Shown here one piece after another: positions 25,676-38,643 of a stretch of 64,000 nt of DNA. The position numbers and the translations under genes were made by a program. Source of the DNA: Lepidodermella squamata (Eukaryota > Animalia > Gastrotricha). The stretch spans positions 1,922,001 to 1,986,000 of the forward strand of contig JBLDXI010000020.1 in assembly GCA_047495785.1 (NCBI GenBank), given 5' to 3'. A model generated the notes under the pieces. It was not told the DNA's origin. It saw only the letters and a list, made by a program, of their open reading frames with translations, and ran no database searches. Position 1 is the stretch's first letter. Each line of letters starts with the position of its first letter.

Positions 25676-28425
25676 ATGGGCGCGCATGGTTCAAAAAACC
25701 ATCGCAGCCCGACCCGGCACCACCGGCACGCCTACTCGCAGCAGCAGCAAATGCCGCCGCCCACAGCAATGCCACGCGCTCCCTCGCGGCCACGGCGTGA
25801 CTCATCAATCGACCAACACGAGTTTTACCCGGATAATTCATCCTCGCATCAGACAAGTGTCTTCGACGCGCCTGTTAACATGCGATCACATCAGAGCCGC
25901 CAGCGGGTTAAGCAAATGCGGCCTCATTTAGGCTATCCAGATGGCGATTTTTCGCAACAGGGCGGGCCAATATCGGCGAACCCGTACCCGACTGCGATGA
26001 GGCCGACGTTGCGGCCGATTTTAACGCCGAATGATCAGCAACAGCAATTTACCTCCGCGACTATGCAACGGCCGAATGCTGTGAATCGGGCTAATACTCG
26101 TTACAGTTTCCACGCGACCAGTTACCGCCCGACATCGATAGACAGGTCGTCGGGGAAACAGGTGCAATTTTCTACGGGACAGGCGCCCAGCCGTGTGACG
26201 TTTGGCTCGACGTCGGCGATTACGGCCGGCGGGCGCGGGTCGTCGGATTTTGCGGACGGCAACGGAGGCAGTGAGGCGGCGAGTGCGGTGTTTACGCGAT
26301 CGCGGGACAGCCATCGCGCTAGTCAACTGGCTATTAATGTCACCCATCGGCAGGACAATGTGCCGGTTTCGAAATCTATGACTATCGATAGGCGTACTCT
26401 CATATCAAACAGCTCAAATCGCGGCCCAACGGTAATTTTTCAAAATTAAAAAATTCCACCTTAAATTAACTCGATTGGTGAAAAATAGTTTTTAATTTTT
26501 TTTAATTTCAGCCCAGCCATGAAAATATTTTCATAATCTTTCAAATTTCAAAGTCAAAATTCAAAATTCAAAAATTGAGAAAATAGTGAAATTTCGAAAT
26601 TTTTAATTACAAAAATTAAAAATTAAAATTTTTGAAATTTTGAAATTTTTTGAAAATTAAAAATTCGAAATTTCACTTTACACAAACTATTTCTTCGAAT
26701 TTTAAAATTTATATCACATTTTTCGAAAACTATGACTTTTCTGTTTCTTGCAAGTCAATATTCCCAACTAAAAAGATTTTATCGTGCCATCGTGTCACGC
26801 AATTTCAAAAATTTTAATCCTCAAGGTCAAACTAGGTCAAAAGGGATTAACTTTTTAAATGAAAGTGTACAGCATTTAATTAAAATGGTAATAATTATTT
26901 TTTTGATCTTTTCTAGCGGACAAGTACGTTGCGGCGGCAACAACAAGAATTTGGCCCCTCGATGACCCGCTACCGGTCTGATCCGGTGCTGGTCGACGAA
27001 AATGACAACGCCGTCCTCGTTCAACCGCTGCCTCGCTCCGACGTCGAAGAGATCCGGCTTAACGTCGACGAGTTGCGCGCAGCCCTCGACCAGCCCGACT
27101 ACCCGTCGATGAGCCTGCCGCGTCGCCAGAACATCCTCGACTCAGACTCGGACGCGCAACGCCCGAAATTGCGGGTCATGCGCCAAGCTCCGCCCCCGCC
27201 CCCAGTTAAAACCCGATCGGTCGCGCCCAGCTCGGTTAGCGAGCTCAGCGACATGGTCGCCGCCAACTCGGCAGATTCGGGCGTTGAAGTCAAGCCGGAG
27301 CTGTTCTCACTACTCCGCGACAACAGCCCAGCGTCACCCCCGCCGCCCGTCACCCGTCACCTCTCCCTACCTCGTCACCTAGCAGCGAAATCGCGCTCGC
27401 TAGCTAAACCGGTCTCTAATAATTTTAGCAATAATAATAATACTCAGCAGGACAAGAAACAATTCATCGCACCACCGTGTCACTGCGACGACTGTAGACA
27501 CCCTATTAACTTATCACGGCACAGGCCCCTGCCTCCAGAGCCGCAGGGTAAGCGGCGACAGACTTTCGAACCGCCTAGCTACAACAACGACGACTGCCCT
27601 TACGAAGGCTGTTGCGCGAATAATAACGAAGATGACGATAATGAAAGCGACTACCAGCGGCTGGTTCATCGGTCTTACAAGGGCCAACCGCCGGCGTTGC
27701 GGCGCGGCACGGTTGTCGCACCGGCGGCGAGGCGGCGCAGCCAAAGCCCGGAAGAAATGTACGCCGCTGCGTTCTCGGGCGAATCGACGCTGCTACGCCA
27801 GGCTAATAAGCCGAAATCGACCAAGACAACCCGGGCGCCGGACCCGCCCAACCGGCGGCAGCGGCCGAATAGCATGTTCACAATCTCACCGGCGAGGAGT
27901 TCGGAGAAGGAGAACAGCTCGACGCAGGGTGACTCAACGACCTTCCTCGCGAAGGAATCAACCGGCGCGCTGGTCATCGTCAACCGGGCTGATCTCGAGG
28001 CCGGGCTGCTCAGCGGCAAGTACATCCAGTACGACATCGCGCCTGCCTTATTGCTAGACCAAGCCGCGGCTCAGGTGGTTAACGAGCAGCCGCTGCTAAT
28101 GACGTGTGGCGGCGATACGTTGTCAAGTAGCCATTACGACAGCGGCGTCTCGCCCGCTGACTCATCGTCCTGCGCTGCGAGTTGCCAGTCGTCAAACACC
28201 CCGGCGTCTTCGTCATCGCAAGCCGGCGGCGTGACTACTGATAGTAGCAACAGCAGTACAACAGCATCGCCGCCCTTACTGCCCCCTCGCCAGCGGTCGA
28301 GCGGTTCAATCACCCAACACCGCCGTTCCGGGTCGAACGGGGCCGGGCAGGCGCGGCCGGTTTTGGACACAACTCTTCACGAGCTATCCAGCGTATCACC
28401 CCCTATGGATTTCCCAAGCAGTTGA
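25676..28425 (+). CDS. Uncharacterised about 754-aa disordered Ser/Pro/Arg-rich protein with N-myristoylation-type start
   Basis: Two long ORFs joined in phase 0 by intron 26432-26916. Starts MGAHGSK (G2, S6, K7). A candidate non-coding exon donor lies at about 23747. Confidence 0.8.
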
Positions 28426-29139
28426 ATAAACAAAATGTCCGAAATTAGGTCAATCGAGCTCAAGTATTATTAAAGAGGTCTCTAGAAAATTGTTTCTTTT
28501 TCGTTTGTTTTTATTGTTGCTTTCATTACCTCGAGCCGAAAGCTTATTGTTGCCCCTGACATTTTCACCGCCAACTGCTGCTGTGCGCTTTTTTAGGCGA
28601 TTCCGTCGAAAAAAATGTATAAAAAAATTTGTATGAAAGCTGAATGCTCCTTATTCTCGTGTTTCTTCTCGCTCGATGCAATTTTATTGTTTTGCTGCAA
28701 TATAATATCATGAATAAAGACACACTCTTCGCAATCTCGTCTCAATTCCTGTTTTATCTGCGGCAAATAATTATATTATAATAACCATCCGTCTCACTCA
28801 ACCTATATATACTATCGATATGTACCATATCACCTGAAATTTTTTTGTTAGAGCAACTTTTGACATAAAAAAAACTGTGAGTGAAAAAAATGAATGATGC
28901 ATTATTGTTGATGTGTTGTTGACCGAAATATGATGATTATAAAAAGTCGGCGTGAAGTAAGACGACGATGATGTCTTTTTAAAATCGCACGGAATTTATA
29001 GCAACTCTACCTTTGAATGCGTAAATAAAAAACCCGCGCGTTTTTAAGTCTTCTTTGAAAGTCAACAGTACGGACAATTTCCATTTATTTCATCTTCCCT
29101 GCTTTCAACTCAACTTTCAATAGAGTAATACGGAAACAT

Positions 29140-29445
29140 TTAATGGAAGTCCTGCATAACGCCGCCGACAATGGGAAGAGAACCGGTGATAGATGTACCG
29201 ATACTACCCAGCAATTGGGATATCATGTTCGTTTCTCGGCCTGTAGCCTCCGGACTCTTGGTCGAGACTTTTGTAGCAATCCTGACAAAAGCAGCGCCGA
29301 ACCCTGCGCCTTCATGGCGATGCCCCTGATGCGTATTGCAGACGGTAACTCCAACCTAGGACATTCAGTTGATAGTGAAAAATCGAATTTTCCAGCTTCA
29401 AAAGCTCACCAGTATGAATGCAATTATAGTGACTTGGCGAAGCAT
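29140..29445 (-). CDS. Secreted His-rich peptide precursor, family B
   Basis: MLRQVTIIAFIL|intron|VGVTVC-NTHQGHRHEGAGFGAAFVRIATKVSTKSPEATGRE...QDFH*. The 36-nt first exon and phase-0 intron are shared with paralogues. Confidence 0.75.
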
Positions 29446-30160
29446 TTCTTCCCAAACTTCAAAAGACAAACAAATAAAAATTTGAATAGGATCGTAATAC
29501 ACGAAGAATGAAAAATGATAAGGGATGATACAAGGGGTTTAGATGACAATGATGCAAAAACGTGTTCTACCGATGGGACATCAGTTATACCAGCTGCGAC
29601 GGCGGTAGGCTATAGAACAACGACCATTGCAAATATATTGAATAGATGTCTCTTTTGCCACTATAGCTACCTACTACTCCGAGACAGCTAGTTTTGGCAA
29701 CTAACTTTCTTCAGCTCTTGTGGTTTGATGACCTCAGCATTGTGGAAAGACTTCATCAGGCAATTTTATTTAGCAGAGAATTAGGTCAACAACGCGCATT
29801 AGAATGATTTTGGAACTCCCAGAAATGTTCCTATTCACCGAACGCGATCCGAAATCGCTTTTTGAGGAAGCTGTGCCAACTTTCGTTGAATCCGCCACTT
29901 TCATGTAGTCGGATGAATTCTGATAAGAAATCGGTTACCCAGATCCCACAGAGTATCGAAAAAGACTTGAAATATTTGTCAAGAGCGATGAACAGCTCTT
30001 GTTATATCGGATGGAAAATTTCAATATTTTTAATTATTAAATTGTTAAAAATGAAATGGACGTGTTTTTTTCCTCATCAATTTATTTTTCCGAAAAAAAT
30101 TTCCATTGATTTCATCTTCCCTGACTTCAACTCGACTTTCAATAGCATAATACGGAACAA

Positions 30161-30268
30161 TTTAAGGCAAGCTCTTCAGATCGCCGTTCCCGAAGTTCGC
30201 TGATGACTGGAAGAATGTTTGCTGTTGTGTACTGATACTACTAATGGCTCCGGATATGCTGTTCGCAA
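30161..30268 (-). pseudogene. 3' fragment of a family B gene
   Basis: Reads ANSISGAISSISTQQQTFFQSSANFGNGDLKSLP*, matching the 31116 copy; 5' part lost at a short tandem duplication aagctttaggattg. Confidence 0.65.
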
Positions 30269-30791
30269 GCTTTAGGATTGAAGCTTTAGGATTGAATGAC
30301 TTCATCCATGTGGAGAGGCTTAACGAGGTTTTTTACTGTTTTAGCCGAGTATCAGCTCATCAACGCGCCGTGAACCGAGAAGATCAAGATTGGAACCCAC
30401 TGGAAAGTTCCTCATCCACGAAACCCGATTTGAAATAGCTTTTTGAATACTTTGAGGAACGTGTGCCAAATTTTCTTATAGCCGCCAGTTTCAGCTAGTC
30501 GGATGAATGCTGATAAAAAATCGGTTACTCAGATTCCACAGAGCATCGAAACAACTTGGAACCTTTGGCAAGAGCAATGAAGAGCAACTTGCTGTATCGG
30601 ATGTAATATTTCCAAATAATGATGTATTTTAAATTAAAAAATGAAACAGAAGTAATTCTCAGCAGTTTATTCCACCGACAACCGATTCCCATTGATTTCA
30701 TCATCCCTGCTTTCAACTCGACAAAATATGAACATGTTTAATAGAAGCCCTTCAGGTCGTCCTTCCCCATGTCGGTAACCGCGTGTCTATA

Positions 30792-31116
30792 TCACGGCTG
30801 ATAGATCGCCGTTTTCGAAGTCGGCGATCCCATTGTTAAGGACTGGAAGTAGGTTTGCTGTTGTGTACTGATACTAGTAATGGCTCCGGATATGCTGTTC
30901 GCATCTCGGCCTGTAGCCTCCGGGCTCTTGTTCGTGATTTTGGTTGCTACCCTGACGACAGCAGCGCCGAACCCATGGCCTTCCTTATGATGCCCGTGAT
31001 GCGTGGTGCAGACGGCAACTCCAACCTAGGAGATTCGGTTTACATTGAAGAATTCGAATTTTCAAGCTTCTAAAGCTTACCAAAATGAATGCAACAAAAG
31101 TGGCCTGGCGGAGCAT
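30792..31116 (-). CDS. Secreted His-rich peptide precursor, family B
   Basis: MLRQATFVAFIL|gtaag..ag|VGVAVC-TTHHGHHKEGHGFGAAVVRVATKITNKSPEATGRDANSISGAITS...; C-terminus appears frameshifted relative to paralogues. Confidence 0.75.
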
Positions 31117-32582
31117 TTCTTCTCAACTTTAAAAGATGAAAAAATAACTTTGAAAAGGATAATTAAATACGAAGAATGATAGATGATAAGGGAAGGGGTT
31201 TTGCTGACAGTGGCGAAAATTGTGTGCAAACGAGGGGCCAACGCCTCAAAAGTTATACCAGCTGTGACGGCGGTAGGCTAGAGAACCGACCATGTCTTGA
31301 CATTGCAAATATATTGAGAAGATAGCTCTATTGCCGTGGGACCTCTTATTCACTCAAGATAATAACTTGCCCAACTCATCCAACTTACGATAGTTTGTTA
31401 AAAAATTCGGAAATTTCAAACTGACTCGCGCAGCGTGAAAACTGACTTTTAACCTTCGAAATAAAAAAAAATACAAAACCGATAACAATACTCGCAGATA
31501 TCCTCTGCTATGTATTTCTCCGACAACTACTTTCCATTGCGAACGTTTTCCCTTTCAATTACAGTGATCAGGCGCATCATCTTTCAAAACTCGTAGCCTC
31601 GTAAAATATCGTAAAATATGTAAAATCGCGGTTGATAGGGGAATAAGGGTTCGCTGAAAGTGAGCGAAGTCGGCGTATAGCCTTTTGCTTAGACGGTAAC
31701 GCCACAAAATTTCTATACCAGCTGCGACGGCAGCATACAAGAGGAAAAGAACCGCTTGTGAAATGCGTAAATTCTTGCTATACTTATTCTTACAGGATCT
31801 ATTAGAAACACAAACCGCTTCTTGAAATAGCTATAATTTGACTTTACGAAATATATTGCTGTTAGATCTCTTATTTGCTTAACATTACATGTAATGCTAC
31901 CGCTTGGCTAAAAAGGTGACATGGCAGGGCTTGGCTGGAAATTTATCTTTGATTTAGTTGAAAACTTTCGTTCGGAAACGTTGCATCCAGCGAGAATTCC
32001 GTGGTTACCTATAGCTTAGTTCTTCTCGTAATGCTTAGTTCTCTCAGGGAGATTGGCGCAGGTGTGTTAACCCAGATTAAAGAAGTGACCAAGACTACAG
32101 CAACAGCTACAGCCTGTTCACAAGAAGTGAACAGTCGATGCGAGCTGGAGGGGGATAGCAGGACCGACATAAGCCCAAGTGAGTAATGACAGGATGCGCA
32201 TGGCTTTTAGCCGCGGGGAAGTTTTTTTGATAGCCACGAATCGATGATACCAGCTTCAACTTCGCCTCAGGATGCGACTTGAATCATCCTTTCCATTACA
32301 GTTTATTTCAAATTGCAACAATGGCCTTACGAAGCCTTCGTAGGCCCATTGTTGCAATTTGGTTCGTTTGGTTCTCAAAAAATTCGTATCGAAGGTTTCA
32401 CAGAATTTCCCTATCATCATAGAGAACGTAGTGATCACTACGTTCTCTATGCCTATCATTCACTATTTTCATACATTCTTTGAGTAAACGGTAAACGGCA
32501 CAAGAAGCGACACTAAGGAAACGCCAGAAGCACATGATACTTTCGGACTGGTCAGTTGAGCCATAAACGATCCTCATTGTAG

Positions 32583-32944
32583 TCACTGACAATTTTTATC
32601 CACAAAGGCCATTCGGTTTTCAGCCTTTTCTTGGACACATCCGCGAGTTCGACCCTGTGATAATCATAATTGTAATAAAATCATAGTCTCATGTTTTTAC
32701 TCTAATTCCTTACAATGCTTTCGCAACTTATTCGACATTGTGTCTGTGTTAAGTTGTCAAGCGCTGTTGCAGCCATGAGTTCCAGTTCGGCTAGTTCAGC
32801 ATCGCATAGCTCGCTGATAGCTTTTATGAGCATATCCTGCTCAGCCAACGATCCAGCAATACTGTTTCTGATAGGCTGGGACAAAGATCTGGCCACCAAA
32901 GCCGCGGCGAGAGCTACAGGTATCAATAAAGCTATAGTGCACAT
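32583..32944 (-). CDS. Secreted 4-Cys peptide precursor, family A (C-x3-C subtype)
   Basis: Signal peptide, acidic pro-helix DAELAELE, intron 32713-32655, Cys domain QCRISCESI|GRTRGCVQEKAENRMAFVDKNCQ*. Confidence 0.8.
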
Positions 32945-33836
32945 GTTAATCTGTTAGGATCTGGTAAACGCAAACGTCAAGCCTAGCTTTATATGCTGCC
33001 TATGTCTCGAATTGGCTGAAATCAGTCGGCTGAAATAATTCACTTTCCTAGTTTTAGCCATCTAAGTAATTGTTACGAGGAAAGAGAGTCCGCTTTCAAG
33101 CTTGAAGACAGTATCATCTCTATATAATTGCGCTGGATTCATTCAATGTTATGATTGGGTTAATCTTCAAAAGTTGACAATTGATACACTTGGGGTCTTA
33201 GGACTCATTTTCAATTCTCAAGGCCTTGATGGTGTCTGGGAAATGACAAATAATGTAACGCTATGGGAAAATAGGACACATAGGGTGAGAGGTGGCCGAG
33301 GCGACAGAAAAATCGATATGTTTCTACGAATCTGATTCGATTTTAATTTCCATATATTATCTCGATCAGAGTTATCTGTTTTCGAAATTTCGTGAACTTA
33401 TTTTTTCTTGATTGATGGTTTTGTCACTCGGTGTACGTTTAATATATATTAAATTACATTTATGCGATATAAATCATAACCCCGAGGCTAAATTCATTAT
33501 CCCGATTCGGATGGCGATGTGAACGATTCAGTAACTTTACGACAATGTGTCCCCTAATTTGAATCAGCAAGTAATCACGGAGTGGCACCTTTCAAGCTTC
33601 GTACGGATAAATTCAATAAAACAAATCGTGCAACGCGACCTATCACCTTGGGCTTGTAAATTTACTAGGAGAGGATTCAAAAACAGGTAAATCTCTTCAG
33701 CTATTTATTTTTCCGACAACTTTATCTCCATTGAATTCATCGGTATATTGGAACATGCGCATGGGTACTTGCGCATAGAGTATTTTGAGGTAATTTGCGC
33801 ATTGGGCTTTTGCGCACTATAGGTAACTTGCTATAG

Positions 33837-34330
33837 ATGTTCGGATTACTCGCCTCAAATGACCGCTCGTTCATGGATGGGACATTTTCCATTGTTCCAG
33901 ATATTTTTTTCCAATGCTTTACGATTCATGTTCTCAAGAACGGCTTTGCCTTGCCGGCCTGTTATGTGCTAATGACCGGCAAGAAGAAGCGGCTATATGA
34001 AGCGGTGTTCAAGGCGATAAAGCAAGAAATGTCCCGAGTTTCCCCTGGCTGGGCTAGTTCTCGCAAATTGACGATCACTGCCGACTTCGAGACGGGGCTA
34101 GTTCCAGAACAGTTCCCCAGCGCAACGCTTGTCGGTTGCCTGTTTCATTTTAAACAGGCGGTCATTCGTTGGATACAACAAAAGGGCTTCATTGTACTTT
34201 ATTCAACAGCCGGCTCGTCTTTTCGAACTCTTGCGAAGCGTCTTATGGCCCTGCCGCTTATACCTGCTCGAAAAGTTCCGGCCGCATTTCAACTCATCAA
34301 AGACCAATTATCCAATACTCCTCAAAATGC
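33837..34330 (+). mobile_element. MULE/Mutator transposase fragment
   Basis: Motifs MDGTF..FQCFTIH, ADFE and GCLFHFKQA typical of the MULE DDE domain; truncated where a peptide-gene promoter block begins; gcgca repeats upstream at about 33755-33820. Confidence 0.85.
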
Positions 34331-35132
34331 ATACCAGCTGCGACGGCGGTAGGCGTAAGAAAACCGACCATTTCTTGAAATTGCACAAATATTGAGAAGA
34401 TGGTTATTTTGTTGTTTGATCTCTTATTCACTTATCACTAGAAGCAGCAATTTCCGCCCGGCCTTTTCTTATACGTCATAGTCTGGATTCTCTTTACCGC
34501 TCTCGGTATAGGTTATTACGCCGCTGTATTAGATCCAAATTATTGAGCTGGTTTCGGATAGCTACCCACCTTTGGCATCTTGCAAAACACAGACACGATC
34601 GATCTGCTGCTCGCAGGTTACCATCACGCAGTCGCATCTGAACCTGTGTTCGCCACAAGATTCGAACGACCTGCAGCTTTTGCGGCTTCTTGGTAGTCAC
34701 GAATTGGCCTAAACACTCGACCAGAGACGCTCTGAACCCTCGAGATTATTCATGGTGGTCCAGTTGCATGGGTTGCATGACTTCAAGAATAACAACTTCA
34801 GTCGTGAAAATAGCATAAAAATTGAATTGACGCTCATTACTGCTTTCAAGAAAGGGGTTTTTCGTCTTAATGGAGCGGAGAGGCTCGTCTAATTTCCTCA
34901 TATTCCACCTATTTTTAAGACAGCGATCCTGCAAATAAAGAAAAATTGGTACAAATAATGAAGTAAATTATTTCTCCAAGTTGGCTAACTGCCCGTCGCT
35001 GTACGAAAGCTTATCTCCTTTTATTTCTCGACCTTTCACACTTCATCATCACTCTAGACTCGACTTTGAATGTGGAAAAGAAGAAGAAAAAATATTTACT
35101 GTAACCCCATCTGATCAGGTTACAATTGCGGC

Positions 35133-35392
35133 TTATCTTCGGCTAATTAATGTATCATCAACCGGGCTCATAAATGCATTATCTATCCGATCCCGATTTT
35201 CTCCGGATCTTGCGGCAGGTTTTGTGAGGATTTGCACTAACACGTTGCTCAAGTTAGGGTGGTCGTGATTCTGTCCATGATGCTGGGCGCAAATCGCAAG
35301 ACCAACCTATCAAGGATTCAGTAAAAAAATCGAAATTTCCAACTGCTAAAACTTGCCAAAATGAATGCAATAATGGCGATCTGACGCAGCAT
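35133..35392 (-). CDS. Secreted His-rich peptide precursor, family B (GC-AG intron; upstream region disrupted)
   Basis: MLRQIAIIAFIL|gcaagt..ag|VGLAIC-AQHHGQNHDHPNLSNVLVQILTKPAARSGENRDRIDNAFMSPVDDTLISRR*; close paralogue of 48539. Confidence 0.65.
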
Positions 35393-35438
35393 TTCTTCGC
35401 AATTTCAAAGAAAAGAAATTACTGAGGCGTAAAATGGT

Positions 35439-35772
35439 CATTGTGGAACCACTGGTAAGTCGAACCTTGGCGCGCACGCTGATTGGTCAATTTATCGTTG
35501 CTAATGACTCCGGAACATTTCCGTCGTGCGATCCACAAATAAATTATTTTATATTTATGAAAAAAATGACCTTGCCACACCCTCTGCCCGGTTTCCATTG
35601 ACCACGAGCGTAACCTCCATATTAATCGTGGTAAATTGCTGCGGCAAAAAACACTTGTTGCAAAAAAATTTTATGGATCGCACGACAGAACGTTTCATCC
35701 GGGAGTCATAGCAACGATCGATCGACCAATCAGCGTGCGCATTGGATTGGACTTTTAAGTGGTCACACAATG
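35439..35772. mobile_element. MITE, about 330 bp, CATTGTG...CACAATG termini
   Basis: Imperfect TIRs of about 100 bp; 2-bp flanking duplication GT; absent at the homologous site upstream of 48539; second copy inverted at 46120-46457. Confidence 0.85.
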
Positions 35773-36503
35773 GTAAAATATTTTGAATGGTAGGTAAAGA
35801 AGGATCTTCTATAGCATCCTCCCACCGCCCGTCATTCGCCACCTCTCCCTACCTCGTCACTTAGCGGCGAAACCGCGCTCGCTAGCTAAACGCTAGCTCC
35901 TCTAGAATCGGATTCGAGCGGAAAATTGGTGACGAAAATGCTTTTCAGATATTTATTGCATTATATTCCCAATATTAGAAATAGCATTTTTCAAGCTTTA
36001 GGATTGAATGACTTCATCCATGTAGAGAGGCTTAACGAGGTTTTTTACTGTTTTAGCCGAGTATCAGCTCATCAACGCGCCGTGAGCCGAGAAGATCAAG
36101 ATTGGAACCCACTGGAAAGTTCCTCATCCACGAAACGCGATTTGAAATAGCTTTTTGAATACTTTGAGGAACCTGTGCCAAATTTTCTTATAGCCGCCAG
36201 TTTCAGCTAGTCGGATGAATTCTGATAAAAAATCGGTTACTCAGATCCCCCAGAGCATCGAAACAACTTGGAACCTTTGGCAAGAGCAATGAAGAGCAAC
36301 TTGCTGTATCGGATGTAATATTTCCAAATAATGATGTATTTTAAATTAAAAAATGAAACAGAAGTAATTCTCATCAGTTTATTCTACCGACAACCGATTC
36401 CCATTGATTTCATCATCCCTGCTTTCAACTCGACAAAATATGAAAATGTTTAATAGAAGCCCTTCAGGTCGTCCTCCCCCATGTCGGTAACCGCGTGTCT
36501 ATA

Positions 36504-36830
36504 TCACGGCTGATAGATCGCCGTTTTCGAAGTCGGCGATCCCATTGTTAAGGACTGGAAGTATGATTGCTGTTGTGTGCTGATACTAGTAATGGCTCCG
36601 GATATGCTGTTCGCATCTCGGCCTGTAGCCTCCGGGCTCTTGTTCGTGATTTTGGTTGCTACCCTGACGACAGCAGCGCCGAACCCATGGCCTTCCTTAT
36701 GATGCCCGTGATGCGTGGTGCAGACGGCAACTCCAGCCTAAGAGATTCGTTTTACAGTGAAAAATTAGAATTTCAAGCTTATAAAGCTTCCCAAAATGAA
36801 TGCAATAATAATAATAACCTGGCGAAGCAT
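36504..36830 (-). pseudogene. Family B copy with mutated splice donor
   Basis: Exon 2 is nearly identical to the 31116 gene, but the donor reads GGAAGC instead of GTAAGC; intron retention meets TAA. Confidence 0.65.
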
Positions 36831-37417
36831 TTCTATTCAAATTTCAAAAGAATAAAAATTAACTTTTAAAAGAGCCGTAAAATGTGTAGAATGGAGGATG
36901 ATAAGGGAGTTTTGCTGACAGTGTCCAAAATGTTTGTGCTATAACGAGGGGCCAACGCCTCAACAGTTATTCCAGCTGCGACGGCGGTAGGCTTTTGATA
37001 TTGCAAATATATAGCTCCATTGCCGTTGCATCTTTTACTCCCTAGACTTAACTCATCCAACTTGAGATATATATTTCGTTTGGAGAAAATTCGAATAGAT
37101 AGAACGACTAACATAAAACCAAGCGAGTAAAGAATGTAGCTTGGAGCCGTGGGGAATCCACGGTTTTCACGATATCCACGAATGATGATACCAGCTTCAC
37201 CTTCGCAACAGGATGCGACTCAAGTCATCATTTTCATTAAAATATTTATTTCAGGATTAGAAAACGAATCGAATTGTAACAATGGGCTTACAAAGGTTTC
37301 ACGGAATGTCTTAATCATTTTTAATGGCGCTAGAAGCGACACTAAGGAAACGCCAGAAGCACATGACACTTGACACTTATTGGGATTTGGTCAGTTTATA
37401 GCCTTTGGCGACGTCGG

Positions 37418-37777
37418 TCACTGACAATTTTTATCCATATAGGCAATTCGATTTTCAGGCTTTTCTTGGAAACATCCGCGAGTTCCACCCTGTGATAATC
37501 AGAAATTTAACATAGTATTTTGTTTATTTTGGCTAAAAACGCTTACAGTGTTATCGCAACTTAGTCGACATTGCGACTGTGTCAAATTGTCAAGCGCTGT
37601 TGCAGCCATGAGTTCCAGTTCAGCTAGTTCAGCATCGCTTAGCTCGCTTATGGCTTTTATCAGCATGTCCTGCTCAGCCAACGACCCAGCAATGCTGTTT
37701 TTGACAGGCTGGGACAAAGATCTGGCCACCAAAGCCGCGGCGAGAGCTACGGGTATCAATAAAGCTATAGTGCACAT
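37418..37777 (-). CDS. Secreted 4-Cys peptide precursor, family A (C-x3-C subtype)
   Basis: Paralogue of 32944; spliced Cys domain QCRLSCDNT|GGTRGCFQEKPENRIAYMDKNCQ*. Confidence 0.8.
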
Positions 37778-38643
37778 TTCTATCTCTTAGGATCCGGGAA
37801 ATGATAGCTTCAAGTTTGGTTTTATATGCTGCCTGTGTCTCGAATCAGTCGGCTGAAATAATTCACTTTCCTAGTCCCAACCAAAGTGATTGTTTACGAG
37901 AAAAGAGAGTCTGCTTTCAAGGGTGTTAGTAGACATTATCATCTCTTTCGCTCTTTAACTGCTCTGAATGCTTTCAGTGCTTTGATTAGGTTAATCTTCA
38001 AAAATTGACAATTGATGCACTTGGGGTCCTAGGTCTCTTTTTTAATTCTCAGGCCTTGATGGTGTCTTGGAAAGGACAAATTCAGAACTTTGTGAAAATA
38101 GGGCACATAAGGTGAGAGGTGACAGAATAATCGATTAATATCAGAGGGAATGTCTCTGAGAAACTCATTCGATTTTGATATCCACATATCATCTCAATCT
38201 GTTTTCGAAATTTCATGAACTAATTTTTTCTGGCTTGATAGTTTTGTCACTAGTATGTTTGACATTAAATTACATTTATTCGATTTTAATCATAACCCCG
38301 ACGGTTGTAATTCGATATCCCACTATTCATTCGATACGCCAAAGTGTCTCCTACTTTGAATTAGCAAATGAGTGGCACCTTTCAAGCCTTTTTCGGGTTA
38401 ATTCAATTGAGAAAAGTGAATTTTATTGCAAACATTTTGATGGCCAACTATTGACAAATTGCAAGAATAGTTACTATGTTCATAAGCTTGTTAGAGGACA
38501 TTACAGTCGCTCTCGGACTGCCCTGGGTGCGTTCAATGTTTTGATTAAGTTAACGATAAATTACTGGAATTAACATATTTGGGGTTTTAGCACTGCCTAG
38601 TAAGGCCCAAGTGTAAATGGACAAATAATATAGCCTTTGCGAA

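Larger units (their letters stand above)
30281..33620 (+). repeat. Segmental duplication unit, copy 1 (copy 2 at about 35993-38410)
   Basis: 30281-31030 is near-identical to 35993-36740; patchier similarity continues through the family A gene and its upstream region. Confidence 0.85.
35993..38410 (+). repeat. Segmental duplication unit, copy 2
   Basis: Collinear with 30281-33620, carrying a family B copy and a family A copy. Confidence 0.85.
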
